DNA of 64,000 nucleotides from Micrococcales bacterium. GTDB taxonomy: Bacteria; Actinomycetota; Actinomycetes; S36-B12; UBA10799. Positions 19,076-29,507 of this stretch are shown here, piece by piece. The first letter of the stretch is position 1. Each line of letters begins with the position of its first letter. The DNA lies in assembly GCA_016703125.1 (NCBI GenBank), contig JADJCR010000008.1:113396-177395 (forward strand), given 5' to 3'. The translations under genes and the position numbers were made by a program. The notes under the pieces were generated by a model. It was not told where the DNA came from and searched no databases. It saw nothing but the letters and a program-made list of their open reading frames with translations.

Positions 19076-19118
19076 ACAGCGGGGAGCGATGCAACCGGTC
19101 CTTTTCCCTCCCCGCTGT
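19076..19118. terminator. Hairpin between convergent genes; its loop is related to the 39-bp repeat core at 121-487
   Basis: ACAGCGGGGAG ... CTCCCCGCTGT gives an 11-bp stem. The internal GGGAGCGATGCAACCGGTCC matches the repeat core GGGAGCGATCCAACCGGTCC at 19 of 20 positions. No U-tract follows. Confidence 0.5.
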
Positions 19119-19140
19119 CCGCATCACTAACGGATCCGGC

Positions 19141-21726
19141 TCAACCCGTGTTCTGCAGACCCGCCGCCAAGCCGTTGACGGTCAGCAGCAGCAACCGGCG
19201 CCACTCATCCCCGCCGCCGGCACGCACATGGGTCAGTGCGGCGAGTTGCAGTTCCGACAGCACGTCCACGTACGGCGCGCGCATGGCGATCGCCGATCCC
19301 AGTACCACTTTGCGTTCCAGCAGCCGGTCCTGCTCGAGGACCTGCAGAACCAGGGACACGGTGAGGTCCATCTCGGCCAGGATGCGATCGGTGATGTCCG
19401 TCCGGCCGCCCAACGCGAGGAACCGTGCGGCCAGGTCTCGGTGGCTCTTGGCCAGGCTCATCTCGGCGATGTCGATCAGCGAGGTGAACAGTGGCCACTG
19501 CGCGTACGCCAACCGCAGCAGGTCGAGGTCGTTGACGGCGGACAGACCCGTGCCGAGGCCGTACCAGCCCGGGATGTTGGCCCGCGTCTGCGACCACGCG
19601 AACACCCAAGGAATGGCCCGCAGGTCGGACAGTTCACGGCCCGACGTCGCGGCACTCCGGCGCACCGGCCGGGAGCCCATCCGCAGCTCGCCGATCTCCT
19701 CCAAAGGGCTGGCTTCGGCGAGCACGTCGGCGCAACCGGGCGTGCGCACCAGGTCCCAGTAGGCCGCCCGGGAGGCCTGCGCCAGGTGTTCACCCAGTGC
19801 GGCGAACCGGGTGGCCGCCTCGGCGTTGTGGTGCTCGACCTCCGGTGTGCCGGCCAGGAGCACGGCAGTGGTCAGCCGTTCGAGGTGCCGCTGCGCGATG
19901 GTGGTGTCGGCGTACCGCGCGAACACCACCTCCCCCTGTTCGGTCACCTTGAGCCGGCCGTCGACGCTGCCCGGTGGCTGCGCGATGATCGCGCGGTGCA
20001 ACGGCCCGCCACCACGGCCCAGCGAGCCGCCGCGGCCGTGGAACATCGTGAGCGCGATGTCGTGGTCGCGCGCCCAGGCGACCATGGCCGTTTGGGCCCG
20101 TGCGAGCGTCAGGGTCGCCGCGGTCGGGCCGACGTCTTTGGCGGAGTCCGAGTACCCCAGCATCACCTCCACGCGGCGGTCGGTGCTTTCCAGCCATTTC
20201 TGCGTGGAGGCCATTTCCAGCCAGTCGGCGAGCACCTTGTCCGCCGCGGCCAGGTCGGCTCCGGTTTCGAACAGCGGCACGACATCCAGGCGCAGGGGTG
20301 CGGAACCGACCGCCAGCCGGGCCAGCGCGCGCACCGCCACCAAGTTCGCGGCGGAGTGCGAGAACGACACGATGTAGCGTCCGCAGGACCTGTCCCCCCA
20401 GCGCTGCTGCAACCAGGACATGACCCGCAAGGTGTCCAGCACCTCACGGGTGCGCTCCTCGCGGGGCGCGACGTGGTCGGGCCACCCCTCGCGGGCCAGC
20501 CGGTCCAGGAACGCCGCGTTCTCCGCCGCCCCTTCCGGCGCATCGGGCACCTGTGCGAGCAGGTCCACCAGCGCCGCCCGGTGGACGTCGGAATGCTGCC
20601 GGACCTCCAACTCTGCGAGGTGGAAGCCGAACGTCTGCGCATACCAGATGAGGTGCTGCAGTTCGCCGTGGGCCGCCCGGCGGGCACCTCCCTGCGCGAG
20701 GGAATCCTGCACCACCTGCAGGTCCGCGGTCAGCTCATCGGCGTCGCGGTAGGAGTACTCGGCGCGTCCTGCCCGCGTCGCGCGCAGACGTTCGGCGATG
20801 ACCAGCATGCGCTGGCGGTGGGGTTCCCCGGGTGAGCCGGTGCGGATCTCGGCGAAGCGCTGCGGCATGGCTACCGCGTCACGGGCCAACGCATCCGTCA
20901 GCGCCCGCGACGGCGGGGTGTCGGCCTGGTCGGCGGTCAGCGTCCTGCCGACCCGCTCGACGGACACCTGCAACGCGGACAGCGCATGGTCGGCTTGCAC
21001 GGCCAGGGTCTGCCGGGTCACTTCGGCGGTGACATACGGGTTGCCGTCCCGGTCCCCGCCCACCCACGAGCCGAACCGGACAAAGGCAGGCACCGGGGTC
21101 GGAACGGTCCCGCTGCGCTGCCCGATGAGTGCATGTTCGGTGGCCCGGTACAAGCGCGGCACGGCGCGGATGAGGGTCTGATCGAAGACCGTCATGATCG
21201 TGCGGACCTCGTCGAGGGGCTCGGGCTGGGTCATGCGCAGCGCGGAGGTGTGGTGCAGCAGTTCCACCTCCTCGAGGAGTCGCCGGTGGGCGGCGTCCTT
21301 CTCCTCCGGGCCGAGCCGCGGATTCTCCAGTCGCTGGAGCTGTTCGGACACCCGGCGCAGCGCGGTGGCGATGGCGCGGCGGCGGGCCTCCGTCGGGTGT
21401 GCGGTGAGCACCGGGTGGATCCGTAGACCGCCGAGCCGGTCCTTGATCCCGGCGGCTGCCGACACCGCCGGCCACAGATCCTCACCGGCGTCGGGGGCGT
21501 TGAGCAGGCGAACCCGGTGTCGCTCGTCGGCGAGGTTGACCAGGTGTAGGTGGACCGTCAAGGCGTCGGCCAGCCGGATGGCCTCCTGCGCGGTGGCGGG
21601 CGGCTCGAACCCTCCCCTGTGCATGGACGCGACCTGCGCGGCCACGCGCTCGAGACCGGCCTCGCGCAGCACCTGCTCGTGCACACCGGTGAGTAGGTGG
21701 AGTTCGCGGGTCAGTTGGCTGTCCAC
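19141..21726 (-). CDS. ppc: Phosphoenolpyruvate carboxylase
   Basis: 861-aa single ORF with a GTG start. Hallmark motifs VLTAHPTEARRR, LGYSDSAKDVGP, FHGRGGSLGRGGGP and the C-terminal ...LQNTG. Confidence 0.95.
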   Translation of the reverse strand: MDSQLTRELHLLTGVHEQVLREAGLERVAAQVASMHRGGFEPPATAQEAIRLADALTVHLHLVNLADERHRVRLLNAPDAGEDLWPAVSAAAGIKDRLGGLRIHPVLTAHPTEARRRAIATALRRVSEQLQRLENPRLGPEEKDAAHRRLLEEVELLHHTSALRMTQPEPLDEVRTIMTVFDQTLIRAVPRLYRATEHALIGQRSGTVPTPVPAFVRFGSWVGGDRDGNPYVTAEVTRQTLAVQADHALSALQVSVERVGRTLTADQADTPPSRALTDALARDAVAMPQRFAEIRTGSPGEPHRQRMLVIAERLRATRAGRAEYSYRDADELTADLQVVQDSLAQGGARRAAHGELQHLIWYAQTFGFHLAELEVRQHSDVHRAALVDLLAQVPDAPEGAAENAAFLDRLAREGWPDHVAPREERTREVLDTLRVMSWLQQRWGDRSCGRYIVSFSHSAANLVAVRALARLAVGSAPLRLDVVPLFETGADLAAADKVLADWLEMASTQKWLESTDRRVEVMLGYSDSAKDVGPTAATLTLARAQTAMVAWARDHDIALTMFHGRGGSLGRGGGPLHRAIIAQPPGSVDGRLKVTEQGEVVFARYADTTIAQRHLERLTTAVLLAGTPEVEHHNAEAATRFAALGEHLAQASRAAYWDLVRTPGCADVLAEASPLEEIGELRMGSRPVRRSAATSGRELSDLRAIPWVFAWSQTRANIPGWYGLGTGLSAVNDLDLLRLAYAQWPLFTSLIDIAEMSLAKSHRDLAARFLALGGRTDITDRILAEMDLTVSLVLQVLEQDRLLERKVVLGSAIAMRAPYVDVLSELQLAALTHVRAGGGDEWRRLLLLTVNGLAAGLQNTG

Positions 21727-21950
21727 ACGCAGCAGTGTGGCAGCGATCGCCCGGGCTTGACCCGGTTCGATGGTGGGTAACCTGCGTCAATTCAGTTGAC
21801 CGTGGTTACCCAACATCCCCGTCACCACCCTGGGACGAACTGCGCAGCATCGCGGCCGCCCGTGCCGCCCCCCGGCCGCGGGCTTCGCGGAGGTTCGCAT
21901 GTCGTGGTGAGTCACGTGTCCGGTGCGTCCGCCCCGGTACCGTGATCGGC

Positions 21951-23099
21951 ATGGGTGCACCCGGACGTGCGGACCTCAGTCGCATCATCGCCCAAGCGTT
22001 CGAGCCGACCCTGTTCGCGGACACCCCATTCCAGGCCGAGTTGTTGATGTCCGACGTGCTCGGCGGAGTCTGGAAAGGCGTGGATCACTCGCCCACGGAC
22101 GCCGTCGTGCAGTTCTCGACGCAATTGGCCGGGGATAGCGCGAGTCTTGGGGCATTGAGCCGTGCCGTGCTGGAGGTCTTGGCGTTCATCGGGCCGCCTG
22201 AATCGGCTGAAGCGATCAGTGCGCTCGCGCTGAGGAGCACCGGCACGGCCCCGCGCTGGCTACCACTGCTGGACAACGTCGCCTTGCTCGAGATCGTCAC
22301 CAGCGAGGACGTCTTCGGTGACCAAACGAACTACATCATGCAGTTCGGGTATCGCGATGGTGGGCGCGTAGTTGGCTGTCACATCATCATCGCGATGGTG
22401 GACCACAACCTGCATCTGATGAAGGATGCGTTCATCGTCGAGGGGCCCACGTTCGAGCAGTTGACGGCGGTCTTCAACTCGGACCCCGACCTCTACGTGC
22501 TGCCAGTCCCCGATCTCGCGTATGTGGCCGGGGCCATCACCCGGGCGATGGACAGCACGGACTTGACGGTGGATGTCGGCGAACTGCTCGGGGAAGAGAC
22601 GGCATCGACGTGGTACCTGCTGCGCTCCCGGGTCCGGCGTTGCCTGCCCGCACCCCGGGACGCTCCCAAGCCGCACCCAGCGGCCGAGCGCGACAAGGAT
22701 CGCCGGGCGTTCCTGCGGGCCAAGGTCACCAAGGACTTCCTGGCCACCGAGGTCGAAGGGCAACTGCCGGATCCCCAGATGGTGGACCTGTTGGCGCAGT
22801 TGTTCATCGATTTCGCGTGCGACCTGCGGGGTCGCCCGGAGGTCTGGTCACCGACCACCGTGGAGATGTTCCTGTGCGATTTCGCACCCTCGGTGGTCTG
22901 GCAGGCCGATCACATTGCCTGGGTGGCGCCGACGCTCAGAGTGTTCGTCGAGTGGGCTCAGAAGCGGCGCCCCGTCGTCATCCGTGGCCGCCACGCGACC
23001 CAGGAGGCCATCGACCAGTTCGCCGGGGACTTCATCCACGGTGCACGCCGTGCTGCGCTGGGCGTGGCTGTCGCGGCGCAGATCTCCGAGGAGCAGTAG
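21951..23099 (+). CDS. Hypothetical protein
   Basis: Coding-like composition from the MGAPGRADLSRIIAQAF ATG at 21951. No motif I can assign. Confidence 0.55.
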   Translation: MGAPGRADLSRIIAQAFEPTLFADTPFQAELLMSDVLGGVWKGVDHSPTDAVVQFSTQLAGDSASLGALSRAVLEVLAFIGPPESAEAISALALRSTGTAPRWLPLLDNVALLEIVTSEDVFGDQTNYIMQFGYRDGGRVVGCHIIIAMVDHNLHLMKDAFIVEGPTFEQLTAVFNSDPDLYVLPVPDLAYVAGAITRAMDSTDLTVDVGELLGEETASTWYLLRSRVRRCLPAPRDAPKPHPAAERDKDRRAFLRAKVTKDFLATEVEGQLPDPQMVDLLAQLFIDFACDLRGRPEVWSPTTVEMFLCDFAPSVVWQADHIAWVAPTLRVFVEWAQKRRPVVIRGRHATQEAIDQFAGDFIHGARRAALGVAVAAQISEEQ

Positions 23100-23182
23100 C
23101 CACCAATCCACAGAAGTGACATTCCGGTACTGAGACGACTAGGCTCAGGCAGACCTCATTGCCGGCGGCTTCGGGAGTCACG

Positions 23183-24052
23183 ATGGAGACCACACTTCTG
23201 CCCCTCGCCCTCGGGTTGATCATGCTGGGCCTCGGGCTCAGCCTCACCACCGACGACTTCGCCCACGTGGCGCGTCACCCCAAAGCGGTGGCGATCGCCC
23301 TGGTCTGCCAGATCCTCGTGCTGCCGGTCATCTGTTTCGGGCTGGTGAAGTTGTTCGGCCTGCCGCCGATCCTGGCCGTCGGCATGATGCTGCTGGCCGC
23401 CTCACCCGGTGGCACGACCGCCAACCTCTACAGCCACCTGTTCCGCGGGGATGTGGCCCTGAACATCAGCCTTACGGCGATCAACTCGGTGCTTGCCGTG
23501 TTCACGTTGCCGATCGTGGTGAACCTGTCGATCGCGTACTTCGCGCCGGACGGTGACCGGGTCGGGCTGCAGTTCCAGAAGACGCTGGAGGTCTTCGCCA
23601 TCGTGCTGCTGCCGGTGGTCATCGGCATGCTCATCCGACGCTGGCGCCCGGCGTTCGCGGATCGCATGGACAAGCCCGTGCGCATCGGGTCCGCGGTGAT
23701 CCTGGCGCTGGTGATCGTGGGCGCGGTGATCAGCAACCTGGAGATCCTGCGGGCGAACTTCGCGTCGCTGGCCGGCATCACCATCGTGTTCTGCGCACTG
23801 AGCCTCACCATCGGCTACGTCGTGCCGCGCATGTTCCGCGTCACGGAGGGCGAGTCGATCGCGACCTCCTTCGAGGTGGGCATCCACAACGCGACGCTGG
23901 CGATCGTCGTCGCCCAGTCCGTCCTGCTGAGTACCGAGATGTCCCTGCCCGCGGCCATCTACGGCGTGCTGATGTTCTTCATCGCGGCAGCCTTCGGTTT
24001 CCTGATCAAGCGCCGTGCGGATCGGCGATCCGAAACCCCGGTTCCGGCTTGA
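23183..24052 (+). CDS. Bile acid:sodium symporter (BASS) family transporter
   Basis: METTLLPLALGLIMLGLGLSL..., LLAASPGGTTANLYSHL, about 9 hydrophobic spans. Confidence 0.8.
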   Translation: METTLLPLALGLIMLGLGLSLTTDDFAHVARHPKAVAIALVCQILVLPVICFGLVKLFGLPPILAVGMMLLAASPGGTTANLYSHLFRGDVALNISLTAINSVLAVFTLPIVVNLSIAYFAPDGDRVGLQFQKTLEVFAIVLLPVVIGMLIRRWRPAFADRMDKPVRIGSAVILALVIVGAVISNLEILRANFASLAGITIVFCALSLTIGYVVPRMFRVTEGESIATSFEVGIHNATLAIVVAQSVLLSTEMSLPAAIYGVLMFFIAAAFGFLIKRRADRRSETPVPA

Positions 24053-24072
24053 ACCTGTGCCAGCCTGAGTGC

Positions 24073-25278
24073 TCAGTCCCGGCGGTGGTAGTTGTGGGCG
24101 GTCGTTCTGTGCTGGGTCCCTAGCGGGCTGGTCCACACCAGGTCGTGGCGGGGCGTGCTGGGATCGTGACGGACCTGCCAGGCGGAGTGGGTCTTGATCC
24201 GGTGGTGGTGCCGGCACAGTCCGGCGAGGTCGACGGCGCGGGTCTTGCCCCTCGGCCACGGGACGATGTGGTCGCAATCCAGGTACTCGGCGCGGCGGTG
24301 GCAGCCGGGGAAGCGGCAGGTGAGGTCGCGGGCCTTGACGGCGTTGCGGATGCGCTCGGGGATGCGGTAGGTCTCGGCGTTGAGATCCACCAGCCGCCCG
24401 GACAGCGGATCGGTCACCAGGCGCCGCCAGCGGGCATCGGGGGAGAAGCAGAGGCGGCGTGCCAGTTCGGACGGGATCGGGCCGAGTTGCTTGGTTTCCG
24501 CGCCGTACTCGTTGTCGCCAATGAGGGTGTCGGCGGGGATGACGACGTCGACGCTGACCTGAAACGTGCAGTGCGCCTCGAGGAAGCCGGTCAAGGCATC
24601 CGCGCGACGCTGGTCGCGGGTGCGGGCGTCTCCCTGACCGTGGGGGTCGGGGCAGTCCGGTGAGTCGGCGAGCGCCTCGAGGGCCTGCATGAACGCCTCG
24701 GCGACCTCGGCAGACAGGTAGGCGCACACGTCGGCCATGCCGTGGCCGCGCGGGATGATGCTGACCCCGCGGTTGTCGAGTGCGCGCTTGCGAAGGGTGT
24801 CGTCGGGGTCGTGGTCGCAGGTGAGTCCAAGCAAGTACTTGCGCAGTTGATGGGGGGTGTGGTCTTCCGCGTACTCCAGCGCCAGCAGTTCGAGGTGCTC
24901 GCGGCGCGGGTCGGGTATCTCGCGCAGTTCGTCGATGATGCGCTGGGCCTTGGTCCAGTCGATGCGGCCCTCGGCCAGCGCGGCCCATACCACCTCGCGG
25001 GAACAGAGGTGGACGCTGTCATCGGTGAGATGCTCCGCCGAGCGCGGCGACATGGCCAGCGTGACAGCGACCGTTTCCGCCGACCCGGACATGGAGTGGC
25101 TCGCAGCACGGATGCGCGCGTCGAGTTCGGTGATGACGGCGGCCTGCCGGGCCTGCAGCCCGCGCATCTCGCCACTGACCGCCTGGAGTTCATCCACGAG
25201 CTCCTGGTCGCCGAGGGCCCGTGCGTCCGCGAGCGCGGTGCTCACGGACGGGAACGGGTCTTCGGGGAGTTCGGGCAT
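24073..25278 (-). CDS. HNH endonuclease with a DUF222-type N-terminal region (actinobacterial 13E12-repeat type)
   Basis: C-terminal CRFPGCHRRAEYLDCDHIVPW...LCRHHHRIKTH HNH motif. The long helical N-terminal region is typical of this family. Confidence 0.85.
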   Translation of the reverse strand: MPELPEDPFPSVSTALADARALGDQELVDELQAVSGEMRGLQARQAAVITELDARIRAASHSMSGSAETVAVTLAMSPRSAEHLTDDSVHLCSREVVWAALAEGRIDWTKAQRIIDELREIPDPRREHLELLALEYAEDHTPHQLRKYLLGLTCDHDPDDTLRKRALDNRGVSIIPRGHGMADVCAYLSAEVAEAFMQALEALADSPDCPDPHGQGDARTRDQRRADALTGFLEAHCTFQVSVDVVIPADTLIGDNEYGAETKQLGPIPSELARRLCFSPDARWRRLVTDPLSGRLVDLNAETYRIPERIRNAVKARDLTCRFPGCHRRAEYLDCDHIVPWPRGKTRAVDLAGLCRHHHRIKTHSAWQVRHDPSTPRHDLVWTSPLGTQHRTTAHNYHRRD

Positions 25279-25335
25279 ACCTCAGTATAGAACACATGTT
25301 CGAACCGGGCAAGAACCTGTGCACAGCTGGGTAAT

Positions 25336-25539
25336 CTAGAGGTCGGGGATGTCGGACGGGTCGGGCTCTCGTGCGGGTCCCATATTCGGTTCCGGAATGT
25401 CCGTCAGATCCGCGTCGGAGAGTATCTGCTCATCGGTGGTGGGCCCGGATCCCTCGCCGGGTATGTCCGTGTCCAGCAACGAATCATCGGGGATCTCGCC
25501 CGTAACCGGGACTGCGGAATCAGAGTTTGGATCGCTCAT
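25336..25539 (-). CDS. Hypothetical small acidic protein
   Basis: 67 aa, rich in D/E/P (MSDPNSDSAVPVTGEIPDDSLLDTDIPGEG...). Only codon-composition support. Confidence 0.35.
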   Translation of the reverse strand: MSDPNSDSAVPVTGEIPDDSLLDTDIPGEGSGPTTDEQILSDADLTDIPEPNMGPAREPDPSDIPDL

Positions 25540-25590
25540 GGCTGCGATGTACCCACCAGCGGCTGGATCAACCGCCGGGAACCTCCCCGA

Positions 25591-25749
25591 TCAGTTCTGG
25601 GAGAAGGGCTTGACGCGGCTACCGTCGGCCGCGATGGGGGCGATGGTCGAAATGCGATCAGGCTCGACGTCGTCGACAAGATGCGCGACGAATGCCCAAG
25701 TCCGATGCAGAACCTTGCGTCCTGGCCGAATCCTCACATTGCTGTTCAT
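25591..25749 (-). CDS. Hypothetical small basic protein (52 aa, not in the ORF track)
   Basis: Hand translation MNSNVRIRPGRKVLHRTWAFVAHLVDDVEPDRISTIAPIAADGSRVKPFSQN, preceded by GAGGTGAGGTGA. Confidence 0.35.
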   Translation of the reverse strand: MNSNVRIRPGRKVLHRTWAFVAHLVDDVEPDRISTIAPIAADGSRVKPFSQN

Positions 25750-25868
25750 CAGTTCACCTCACCTCTATCATATCGACGAAAACCGGCTCTGTCTGAAGGG
25801 GATGACGAGTGATTCCTCTCACACAGGGGGAATCGACGACGATATCCGTTGAACCTCTCCCCCATGGG

Positions 25869-27047
25869 TCACCCTAGCAGCACTCGTCGCAGGGCCTTGC
25901 GCAGCAGTTTCACGGTCCGGTGGGCGTGCTTGCGCTCGATCTCGCAGACCCGCGCTTCTTCGGGATCGTCGGTCTCGGCGCGAGACTGCCGCCACGCGAT
26001 CTCCTGCTCCTCGTTCCAGCGGATGAGTTCCAGCAGCAGGTCGGGATCGTTGCCGCAGATCTTGGCGGCGTCCTTGGGCCGCAGCGCGCCCGGGCGTTCG
26101 GCATCCAATTGCAGGATGCTGAGCATCGCCGGGTGGATGTCGTCGTCCTCCTCGGGTTCGTCCGCCGAGGGCTCTCCCACGAAATGCCGGCCCCCGACCC
26201 GCTCGACCAGGTCCGCTTCCTGCTTCGCGACTTCATCGCACATGTGGGTCAGCAGCGCCTGGAACTGCGTCGGCGCGAACGGCCAGCCCAGCAGTCCGGC
26301 AGTGGCGATCACCGTGGAGTTGTGCAGGATGAACTTGACGCCGTCGACGGCCCGGTTCAGGCGGTCGACCTCCCGCAGCGCAGCGTCGTGGTCGGCCACG
26401 TCCTTGGCCATTAGCGCGAACAGGCGGATCATGGGGCTGCCCTCCTGCGTGCGGACGAAGAGCACAGTGCGCCCGGTGCGGATGGGGATGTCGCCGTCGT
26501 CATCGCGGTCCGGCACCTCGTTGAGGATGTGGGACAAGGTGTGCTCAACGAGCCCGTCCAACGCCGCCCGGCTGTCCGGGAAAGTCGCCGGTGATTCCGG
26601 TTCAACTTCGCCCGCAGTGGCCGGGAACGGCTCGGAGTGCCACGCGAGGCCGTCGCTGCGCAGGTACGACGGGTGCAGGATGCCGAACACCTCGCGCATC
26701 GCCGCGACCGCCATGCTGGCCGCCTGGTCCACATGCGTGAGGGGCAACTGGATCCAGTAGTTGGGAATCTCGTCGCAGGGCCTGTTGAAGCCCACCTCAC
26801 GCAGGCGTTTGCGGCCGGCTTTGGCGAGCTTCCAGACACCATCCAGGACGCGGTTGCTCGCTGCCTCCAGCAGGACCTTGTCGCCGGCACGCAGTGCCTG
26901 GACGTACGGTGTGGGGCTCTCGGAGTCGAGTTCGAGGTGGACGCTCTGACCCTCCTCCAGGCGGTCCAGGGTCTCGGCCAGGCACGCCCGGTAGTCCTTC
27001 CACGCCGCCTCGATCATGGCGTCCAGATCAGGCGTCGGATCGCTCAT
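25869..27047 (-). CDS. Hypothetical protein, possibly YbjN/T3SS-chaperone-like fold
   Basis: Start at the MSDPTPDLDAMIEAAW ATG (27045-27047) preceded by GGAGGTGG. The rest of ORF 25869..28061 is antisense to the opine dehydrogenase gene. The family call is from memory of similar actinobacterial proteins only. Confidence 0.5.
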   Translation of the reverse strand: MSDPTPDLDAMIEAAWKDYRACLAETLDRLEEGQSVHLELDSESPTPYVQALRAGDKVLLEAASNRVLDGVWKLAKAGRKRLREVGFNRPCDEIPNYWIQLPLTHVDQAASMAVAAMREVFGILHPSYLRSDGLAWHSEPFPATAGEVEPESPATFPDSRAALDGLVEHTLSHILNEVPDRDDDGDIPIRTGRTVLFVRTQEGSPMIRLFALMAKDVADHDAALREVDRLNRAVDGVKFILHNSTVIATAGLLGWPFAPTQFQALLTHMCDEVAKQEADLVERVGGRHFVGEPSADEPEEDDDIHPAMLSILQLDAERPGALRPKDAAKICGNDPDLLLELIRWNEEQEIAWRQSRAETDDPEEARVCEIERKHAHRTVKLLRKALRRVLLG

Positions 27048-27275
27048 CTGGCCACCTCCTTCCCCGTTTCTCACACTTCCAAGGTACGGGTGGTGTAACA
27101 TTTCCGGGGGGCGAATGGACGGCTTGCGCCCGCCTGCTCCCTTTGCGCCGATCAACCCGACCAGATCACCCGTGAAGGTGACTGCGTCGTCCGGCGCGCG
27201 CACTGTGGCCGCGTGAAGAATGGTCCATGGGTGGATGCGGAGCAGACGGGCGCACGGAGTCCCTATCGTGTGGGC

Positions 27276-28354
27276 ATGTCCAAGCGCAAGGTGACGGTTC
27301 TCGGGGGCGGCAACGGCGGGCGCACGGCGGCCGCGGAGTTCGGCCTCGGCGGCCACGAGGTGACGCTTTACGAGGTGCCGCAGTTCGCCGCGGGTCTCGA
27401 CGCGATCGCCCGGGCCGGACACATCGTCGCCCACGGTGAGATCCAGGGCACGGCGCCGGTCCGCGTGGAGGCCGACCTGGCGAATGCCGTCGCCGGATCC
27501 GACGTGGTCTTCGTGGTCGTGCCCACCAACCACCACCGGGCGTTCGCGCGGATGCTCGCACCGTTGCTGACCGACGGCGCGAACGTGGTGCTGATGCCGG
27601 GGCTCGCTGGGTTCGCTGGAGTGGCCCAGCACCTGAACGCCGATGTGACGGTCTCGGAGATTGCAGCACTGCCGTACGCCACCCGGATCACGGGGCCCAC
27701 GGAGGTCACCGTGTTCGGCCGGCGCCGGATCGTGTCGGTCGGCACGTTCCCCGCGCAGCGCACCGACCGGGTCGCGGCCATCCTTGACGATCTGTACCCG
27801 GGCATCGACGTGATGCCCAATGTCCTGGCCGCCGGCCTGAGCAACCCCAACCCGACCCTGCACTGCTTGGGAGTGCTGCTGTCCGCCAGTCGCATCGAGT
27901 ACAGCCACGGTGAGTTCTACTACTACGAGGAGGGCATGACCCCGCACGTCTGCCAGGCCATCGAAGCGATCGACGCGGAACGACTGGCCATCGGCGCGGC
28001 CTTCGGCATCGACCTGCTGAGCCTGATCGACACCTACCCGGTGATGGGTTACGGCCCGCAAGGCGACAGTTTCTGGTCGGTGATCCGGGGGTGGCGGCGC
28101 TGCACGGGATCAAGGGACCGTCGCAGGTCGACTCCCGCTACCTCACCGAGGATGTGCCTGTGGGTCTGACGATCTACTCTCAACTCGGCCGGCAGGCCGG
28201 GACGGAGCCGGTCCTGATGGAGTCGGTGATCAACCTGCCCTCCGCGCTGCTCGGCACCGACTTCGCCGAGGACCGCCGCACCCTTGAGCGCTGCGGGCTG
28301 GCCGGGATGGACCGTGACGCGATCCTGGAGTACGTGACGACCGGTGCGAGGTAG
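27276..28354 (+). pseudogene. NAD/NADP octopine/nopaline (opine) dehydrogenase family protein, one frameshift as assembled
   Basis: MSKRKVTVLGGGNGGRTAAAEF Rossmann start. The frame breaks at the G5 run 28087-28091. The continuation ...AALHGIKGPSQVDSRYLTEDVPVGL is in ORF 28091..28354. Confidence 0.75.
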
Positions 28355-28413
28355 CTGCCCGCCCACGCCGAAACGGCCCGTGCCCACAGGCGACGGACCG
28401 CTTCGGGCGGGGT

Positions 28414-29127
28414 TCACGGCCGCACGGCTGGGGCCCGGAAGCCCTTGACGACCATCCAGGAGCCCAGCGACAACTCCCACGCCGCGACGGGCAGGGTGGC
28501 CAGGGCCGACACCAGGGACAACTGCTCGTTGTAGCCGAAGAACGTGGCGATGTTGGCGGCCAGCAGCAGCGGCGCTCCGATCAGCCCCACCGTGGGGATG
28601 ATGCGCGGCACCAGTCCCGAGCGGTACATCAGGGTTCCGAGCAGGAGCGCGTTGATGGAGGCCATGAACCCCGGGCCGAGCAGGAACGTCCAGTCCCGCA
28701 TCGCCACCAAGGCCTGCCCGGTGGTGACCAGCGCCGGGTCGGCGGTCGAGGCGTCCTGACGCAGGGTCACCACGGCCAGCAGGCTGACGACGCCGATCGC
28801 GATGATGGCCGCTTCCATGAGCCGGGAGGCGACGAAGCCGAGCGCGAAGCCCTCGTGCTGGCGCTTCACCACGCTGAACAGCGCGACGGCGGTCCCGACG
28901 CATGCCACAGCGTTGACGAGGTCGAGGAAGCAGCCCAGCAGCACGCTGGAGTCCGAACCGGCCCCGAGGATGAAGTCGGGGTTGTCCAGCACCGGTCCGA
29001 GGAACACCAGGGCCGGGATGGACGACGCGAAGGTGAGCAGGTAGAAGACGCCGGCCACGAAGGCGGTTCGCCTCGTGGGGTCCGTCGTCGTGGGTGTGGT
29101 GGTGAGGGTCACTACTGAGGTGGTCAT
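28414..29127 (-). CDS. DUF4386-type membrane protein
   Basis: 237 aa, FVAGVFYLLTFASSIPALVFLGPVLDNPDFILG and multiple TM spans. Confidence 0.7.
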   Translation of the reverse strand: MTTSVVTLTTTPTTTDPTRRTAFVAGVFYLLTFASSIPALVFLGPVLDNPDFILGAGSDSSVLLGCFLDLVNAVACVGTAVALFSVVKRQHEGFALGFVASRLMEAAIIAIGVVSLLAVVTLRQDASTADPALVTTGQALVAMRDWTFLLGPGFMASINALLLGTLMYRSGLVPRIIPTVGLIGAPLLLAANIATFFGYNEQLSLVSALATLPVAAWELSLGSWMVVKGFRAPAVRP

Positions 29128-29128
29128 G

Positions 29129-29377
29129 TCACTGTCCTTTCGATGTGCGCGCCGCGCCGACCCGGTTCACCGAGACCAGCGCGAGGCCGGTGTCTCGAAG
29201 CTGGTGCAACAGGCCTTGCAGCGCGGCTTGGTCGATGACGACACCGCGGAGCACGGTGGTGCCGTCGGTACAACGGGTGAACGTCATGTCGTCGAACCGG
29301 GTGGCCCACCGGGGGTCGAGATGGCCTTGCAGGCGGATCTCGTACCAGCGGGCCTCGCTGCTACCGGTGTGGTTCAT
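29129..29377 (-). CDS. Hypothetical 82-aa protein
   Basis: MNHTGSSEARWYEIRLQGHLDPRWATRFDDMTF... Sits between the LuxR regulator gene and the DUF4386 gene on the same strand. Confidence 0.5.
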   Translation of the reverse strand: MNHTGSSEARWYEIRLQGHLDPRWATRFDDMTFTRCTDGTTVLRGVVIDQAALQGLLHQLRDTGLALVSVNRVGAARTSKGQ

Positions 29378-29507
29378 GACGCTCCTCCGGTGGTGGCTTC
29401 CGGGTCCCGCCGGGCGGCGGTCCTTCGGCTTGACAGCACGCTAAGAAGCGCAATGGTGAGCGCACATCACATCGTGTGGTGAACCTGGTGGTGATCCTGC
29501 CCGGGGC

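Noticed and set aside
27048-28061. N-terminal 338 codons of ORF 25869..28061(-)
   Set aside because: This part is antisense to the well-supported opine dehydrogenase gene. A strong RBS plus ATG at 27047 gives a sensible 392-aa protein instead.
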